Assembly (NCBI GenBank): GCA_963816355.1 | Contig: CAWFKH010000003.1 | Coordinates: 864,001-928,000 of the forward strand | DNA: 64,000 nucleotides | Reading direction: 5' to 3' | From: an uncultured Gemmatimonadales bacterium | GTDB taxonomy: Bacteria > Gemmatimonadota > Gemmatimonadetes > Longimicrobiales > RSA9 | Shown: positions 60,039-64,000 of the stretch, one piece after another | Numbering within the stretch: position 1 is the stretch's first letter | Layout: each line of letters starts with the position of its first letter | Made by a program: the position numbers and the translations under genes | Notes under the pieces: model-generated | What the model was told of the DNA's origin: nothing | What the model saw: the letters and a program-made list of their open reading frames with translations, nothing else | Database searches by the model: none

Positions 60039-61135
60039 CCGCCTCCGATCTCCGGCTCCGGAAGCTCGAGACCTTCACGTTCCTCGCCGTCGTCCTCCTG
60101 GCGACGGGCCTCTTCTTCTGGGTGATCCACCCGTTCTTCTCGCCGCTGTTCTGGGCGGCGGTCTTCGCCCTCCTCTTCCAGCGAATGCACGCCCGCCTGC
60201 TTCGGGCCTTTCGCGGCCGGCGGGCCGCCGCAGCGCTTGTCGCGACGCTGGCGACGGTCCTGTTCGTCGTGCTCCCCTTCGCCGCCGTCGTCGCCGCCCT
60301 CGCCCGGCAGGGGCTGCTGCTGTATCAGGGGCTCGCTTCCGGCGAGATCAGCGTGCAAGCGCCGATCGACCTCATGGAGCGGTGGCTGCCGGCGGTGGGG
60401 CGGCTTCTCGAGCGCTACGGGATCGACGCGGAGCAGCTCCGGATCTCCCTGCAGCAGGTGGCGGCGCGGGTCACGGAGTCCGTTGCCAGGTGGGCCCTCG
60501 CCGCCGGGCAGAACGTGATGCTGCTCGCACTCCTGTTCGGGCTCATGCTCTACGTGCTGTTCTTCTTCTTCCGGGACGGCGAGCGCATCGTGGACCATGT
60601 CATGCGGGTCCTCCCCCTGGGCGAGGAACGCAAGCAACGGCTGCTCCGGAAATTCGCCGAGGTCGCGCGGGCGACCGTAAAGGGGACGCTGATCGTCGCA
60701 GTGGTGCAGGGGGGTCTGGGCGCCATCCTGTTCGCCGTCGTCGGCATCCAGACCGCGGTGTTCTGGGGCGCCATCATGGCCGTGCTTTCGCTGCTGCCCG
60801 CCGTGGGCGCCGGCCTCGTCTGGCTGCCGGCGGCCGTGATCCTCTTCGCGGGGGGCCAGGTGTGGCAGGGCCTTTTCGTGCTGCTCGGCGGCGTGTTCGT
60901 GATCGGCCTCGTCGACAACGTGCTGAGGCCCATCGTCGTCGGTCGCGACACCAAGACGCCCGATTACCTGATCCTCTTCTCCACGCTCGGCGGGATCGCG
61001 GCCTTCGGGGTCGCGGGCTTCGTCGCCGGCCCCGTGATCGCCGCGCTATTCCTGGTGCTTTGGGACATGTTCGGCGAGGAGTACGCGCAGAGGACGCTGC
61101 TCGCCGGGCCACCCGATGCGGGACCGGAAGGCTGA
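60035..61135 (+). CDS. AI-2E family transporter
   Basis: PFFSPLFWA, FFFRDG, GTLIVAVVQG, VDNVLRP, STLGG...GFVAGP. Confidence 0.93.
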   Translation: MTASDLRLRKLETFTFLAVVLLATGLFFWVIHPFFSPLFWAAVFALLFQRMHARLLRAFRGRRAAAALVATLATVLFVVLPFAAVVAALARQGLLLYQGLASGEISVQAPIDLMERWLPAVGRLLERYGIDAEQLRISLQQVAARVTESVARWALAAGQNVMLLALLFGLMLYVLFFFFRDGERIVDHVMRVLPLGEERKQRLLRKFAEVARATVKGTLIVAVVQGGLGAILFAVVGIQTAVFWGAIMAVLSLLPAVGAGLVWLPAAVILFAGGQVWQGLFVLLGGVFVIGLVDNVLRPIVVGRDTKTPDYLILFSTLGGIAAFGVAGFVAGPVIAALFLVLWDMFGEEYAQRTLLAGPPDAGPEG

Positions 61136-61207
61136 GCGGCGCGCGGCAGCGGACGCGCATCTCAGCGGACTGCACGCCGGTCCGAACGCGCCGACGAGAG
61201 GCGCAGC

Positions 61208-61227
61208 TATTGACCAAACGTTCAATA
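61208..61227. promoter_or_regulatory. Palindromic BetI-like operator overlapping a TTGACC -35
   Basis: TATTGACCAAACGTTCAATA; 15/20 identical to the box at 56672. Confidence 0.65.
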
Positions 61228-61323
61228 CGTGCGATGCTTCATGTGCCGAGCGGTCGAAAATACGCGCAGATGAGGGTGGCCTCCCCGCGCGGGCCCCGCG
61301 GATCCCCGGACCCTGGAGGTTCC

Positions 61324-61812
61324 ATGTACGCGTATCGATCTCTCGCGGTTGGCGCCGTCGCGGTGGCGACGCTGGCTGGCTGTTTTCCCTTCGGCCGATC
61401 ACAGGCCGTGGAGGTCAGCTCGTCGGACGTGAATCTGAACACGCGGTGGCACGGCACGCTGGCGAGTCCGTCCAACCTGGCGGGGGTGGTGCAGATGAGC
61501 GGGACGGCGACCATGGTGCCGGGCGAGGATGCCCGGACGACCCGGGTGTCGATCGAGCTCGCGAACGCGTCGCCGGGCGGCGTGCACCCATGGGGCCTGC
61601 ATCGGGGCCAGTGTGATTACGACGAGGGGCTGGTGGGCGAGCGCTCATCCTACCGGGACATCACGGTAGGCGGCGACGGAACGGCCGGCTCGACGGCGAA
61701 CGTGGCGATTCAGACGCCGACGTCCGGCAGGTACGCGGTGCGCGTGACGGCATCGCCCGCGAACGCGGACATGATCATCGCCTGTGCCAACCTGGCTCCG
61801 CCGTCGATGTAG
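61324..61812 (+). CDS. Hypothetical lipoprotein, Cu/Zn-SOD-like or CHRD-like fold
   Basis: Lipobox LAGC; SGTA, HPWGLHRGQC, IACANL; RBS GGAGG. Confidence 0.75.
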   Translation: MYAYRSLAVGAVAVATLAGCFPFGRSQAVEVSSSDVNLNTRWHGTLASPSNLAGVVQMSGTATMVPGEDARTTRVSIELANASPGGVHPWGLHRGQCDYDEGLVGERSSYRDITVGGDGTAGSTANVAIQTPTSGRYAVRVTASPANADMIIACANLAPPSM

Positions 61813-61836
61813 AACGGCGCCCTCTCCATGGAGGCG

Positions 61837-61860
61837 CCCGGCCCTCGATCGAGGGCCGGG
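61837..61860. terminator. Perfect 24-bp palindrome after the lipoprotein gene, possible terminator
   Basis: CCCGGCCCTCGATCGAGGGCCGGG; only a weak T tract follows. Confidence 0.45.
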
Positions 61861-61917
61861 CGCTTTGCCATCGGGCCCCCGGACCGCGCGTTGCAGGACG
61901 GCGACTGCGCCCCGCTC

Positions 61918-61960
61918 TTGACCTGCGTTTCGTCACGCAATAACTTTCGTTGCGCAACAA
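61918..61960 (+). promoter_or_regulatory. TA operon promoter with palindromic operators
   Basis: TTGACC-N17-TAACTT; TGCGT..ACGCA in the spacer and GTTGCGCAAC downstream. Confidence 0.65.
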
Positions 61961-61982
61961 ACCTCATTGCGGAGGCAGGCGC

Positions 61983-62339
61983 ATGGCCACGGTCGTCGAG
62001 GAACACGCCACCGAGCGCACGGTCATGATGCTCGACCGGCTGCGCGAGATCTTCGGCTCGGACGCGGAGGTCGCGCGACGGACGGGCGTATCGCCGTCGC
62101 AGCTGTCGCGCTGGCGGCGCGGGCAGGAGCCGTCCAACGCGGCGTGGGATCGGCTGGTCGACCTGTTCGCGGTCGTGGAGAAGCTCGAGGGGTTTTACGC
62201 GCCGCGGCGGATCCGAGCGTGGCTGGAGGGCGCGAACGCGCACCTGGGCGACCGCTCGCCGCTCTACGTCATCCGCCACGGCGACACCGGGGCGGTGATC
62301 TCGGTGATCCAGGCGACGAAGGCCGGCGCATTCGCCTGA
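61983..62339 (+). CDS. HTH + Xre/MbcA/ParS C-terminal antitoxin
   Basis: VARRTGVSPSQLSRW HTH; WLEGANAHLGDRSP; ends GAFA. Confidence 0.88.
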   Translation: MATVVEEHATERTVMMLDRLREIFGSDAEVARRTGVSPSQLSRWRRGQEPSNAAWDRLVDLFAVVEKLEGFYAPRRIRAWLEGANAHLGDRSPLYVIRHGDTGAVISVIQATKAGAFA

Positions 62340-62402
62340 CGCGCGGGCCGCGAGCGGTGGCTCGCGACGTCCCAGCCCAGGCTCACGGCTCCCGAACCCT
62401 CC

Positions 62403-62960
62403 ATGCGACTCTGGCGCGTCTTCCCCTGGGATGCCGCCGCGAAACCCGGCGCGGCGTTCTCCCCGTCCCACCTCCCGCCGCAGTCGGGCCACGGCCGTTT
62501 CGATCTGCCGCGCCGTGCCGCCGTTTCGACGTGGTATTTCGCCGAGTCGCCCGAGCACGCGATCGGCGAGCGAATCCAGGACCTGCGCAACGGCGTGCTC
62601 TTCGACGAGGCGCTCTTCGAGCGTGGACGTCGGCTGGCGGTCGTCGCCGCCGAGTACGCGGGCGCTGCCCCGCCGGATCTGTGCGACGCCGACGAGCTGG
62701 CGCGTCGCGGCGTCGCCCCCGACCGGCTGGCGTATCGTGACCGCAACGTCACGCGCGCCATCGCGTCCGCGCTGCACGACGATGCCGCCATACCGGGGCT
62801 GCGTTGGTGGTCGGCGTTCTTCGGCGAGTGGCACACGGTCGCGCTGTTCAGCGATCGGCTGGAGGAGGGCGACCTCGATTTCGGCGACCCGGAAGCGCTC
62901 GATCTCGACTCGGTCGCGGTGCGGGCTGCGGCGCGCGCCCTGGGGATCGAAATCGAGTGA
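62403..62960 (+). CDS. RES-domain toxin
   Basis: GRFD, WYFAESPEHAIGE, GLRWWS; directly after the antitoxin. Confidence 0.87.
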   Translation: MRLWRVFPWDAAAKPGAAFSPSHLPPQSGHGRFDLPRRAAVSTWYFAESPEHAIGERIQDLRNGVLFDEALFERGRRLAVVAAEYAGAAPPDLCDADELARRGVAPDRLAYRDRNVTRAIASALHDDAAIPGLRWWSAFFGEWHTVALFSDRLEEGDLDFGDPEALDLDSVAVRAAARALGIEIE

Positions 62961-63036
62961 GCGGCGTGACGGCAAAGCGTGGATAGGCCGCCAAGATGGA
63001 GGACGAGCGATACGATCCGATGATTCAGGAGAGCCT

Positions 63037-63675
63037 GTGCACAGAAAAGGGTTCATCGCCATTGGCGCAGTGCTCGGGATCGCCATGGTCTGGTTCGTCG
63101 TGCGTTATGCCGTATATCCTGCGTTCACGCGCACGAGCGTCGAGCTGCCGGCATCTTGCGACACGTTCGCGGAAGGAGTTCATCCGCCAGCACATCTCGC
63201 CTACGATCTCTCGCGTGTCGGTACGACCATCCGCATTGCCGAAGACGACGAGAACCTGCTGGTCGCGAAGATCGACTTCGGCCGAGCACCGTATCCGAGC
63301 ACGGCGTATCTCGTACGCAAGCGCGATGGGCATGCCCTGTGGAGCATGCAGTTTCAGGACGATCTGATAAGTGCGGCATTTGCAGACGGCGTGCTGATCA
63401 TCTACAACGACAAACTCGGCTACTGGATAGATGAGCGTACGGGGCTGCCGGTGCGAAATTTCTTTACGATCGATAATTACGGCGGCCTTTCAGCAAGTGA
63501 TCGGCCCGTGCTTGTGGAGAGCGGTGTGAACAGACGTCGGCATCAGGAAACGAGCGCCGTCGTCACGATGATCAAAAGGAACGGTGCGGTTCGTTCATAC
63601 CACGTAATATTCAACAGTGTCGCCAACGGGTGTTTCGTCGAAGGCCTTTCACCCGAGGGTGTAAGCCCCCTGTGA
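63037..63675 (+). CDS. Hypothetical membrane-anchored protein, AT-richer than the host
   Basis: N-terminal TM helix, beta-rich remainder, RBS AGGAG; atypical codon usage. Confidence 0.6.
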   Translation: MHRKGFIAIGAVLGIAMVWFVVRYAVYPAFTRTSVELPASCDTFAEGVHPPAHLAYDLSRVGTTIRIAEDDENLLVAKIDFGRAPYPSTAYLVRKRDGHALWSMQFQDDLISAAFADGVLIIYNDKLGYWIDERTGLPVRNFFTIDNYGGLSASDRPVLVESGVNRRRHQETSAVVTMIKRNGAVRSYHVIFNSVANGCFVEGLSPEGVSPL

Positions 63676-63823
63676 GCGTGAGGCGGTCGCGCGCGTCGAC
63701 AGCGCCAGTCGAAGTCGCGCAGGATCATCTGCACGCTGCAGGAGGCCGCCTCGGCCCGACGCGGTCACCGGCGTGTCGACGCGTGAGCGGCGGATCCGCC
63801 GAACGGGACGGGAGGCCCGCCGC

Positions 63824-64000
63824 TCAGGCTCCGGAAGCGGTGACGCCGACCGCGGCATCGGCGGGGATCGTTACCGGCGCGACACGCCGAACCGAGGCGT
63901 GGCGGCTCAGCGCGACCAGCATGACCGCGGCAGCCAGTGCCAGTGCCGCGATCGCGATGAATGCCTCGCCCGTGCCGCCGGTCGCGTCCTTGAGAAACCC
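63824..64000 (-). CDS. C-terminus of a probable MFS transporter (rest outside window)
   Basis: GFLKDATGG followed by a final TM helix and stop at 63824. Confidence 0.65.
   Translation of the reverse strand, partial: GFLKDATGGTGEAFIAIAALALAAAVMLVALSRHASVRRVAPVTIPADAAVGVTASGA

Overview
High-GC bacterial chromosome segment. Gene content and order suggest Gemmatimonadota, but that is inference. 1-27.3 kb is a tightly packed core block: argS(partial)-pfkB kinase-purM-unknown exported protein-ribD-ribE-ribBA-ribH-nusB-GT4-hpf-hprK-mannose-class PTS IIA/B/C/D-ptsH-ptsI-metK-ahcY-bifunctional nuclease-unknown-recO-selB (frameshifted), then a stand-alone FlgD/T9SS-CTD-like protein, ptsN, dusB-larB-diguanylate cyclase and tmRNA (tag ANSQMALAA). 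From ssrA onward the region is accessory and mosaic. It holds three IS91-family (HUH) transposase remnants, two of them abutting 3' fragments of pitA and msrQ, two RES-Xre toxin-antitoxin pairs plus an orphan RES fragment, an AT-richer GT2 insert, S41 peptidase, SulP, PadR/ADOP, ClC, a TonB receptor, a decayed KaiC-like gene, and a BetI-like TetR with a CheB-CheR-PAS-kinase fusion and two matching operator boxes. The best candidate for an under-described system is the six-gene operon at 46.1-50.5 kb (ric, SufR-like regulator, three-repeat His-containing membrane protein, DUF59, triple DUF2249/TusA-like protein, cupin), probably an NO/Fe-S damage repair module. No CRISPR array, integron, integrase, tRNA or rRNA was seen. 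All calls come from reading motifs by eye; no database searches were run.
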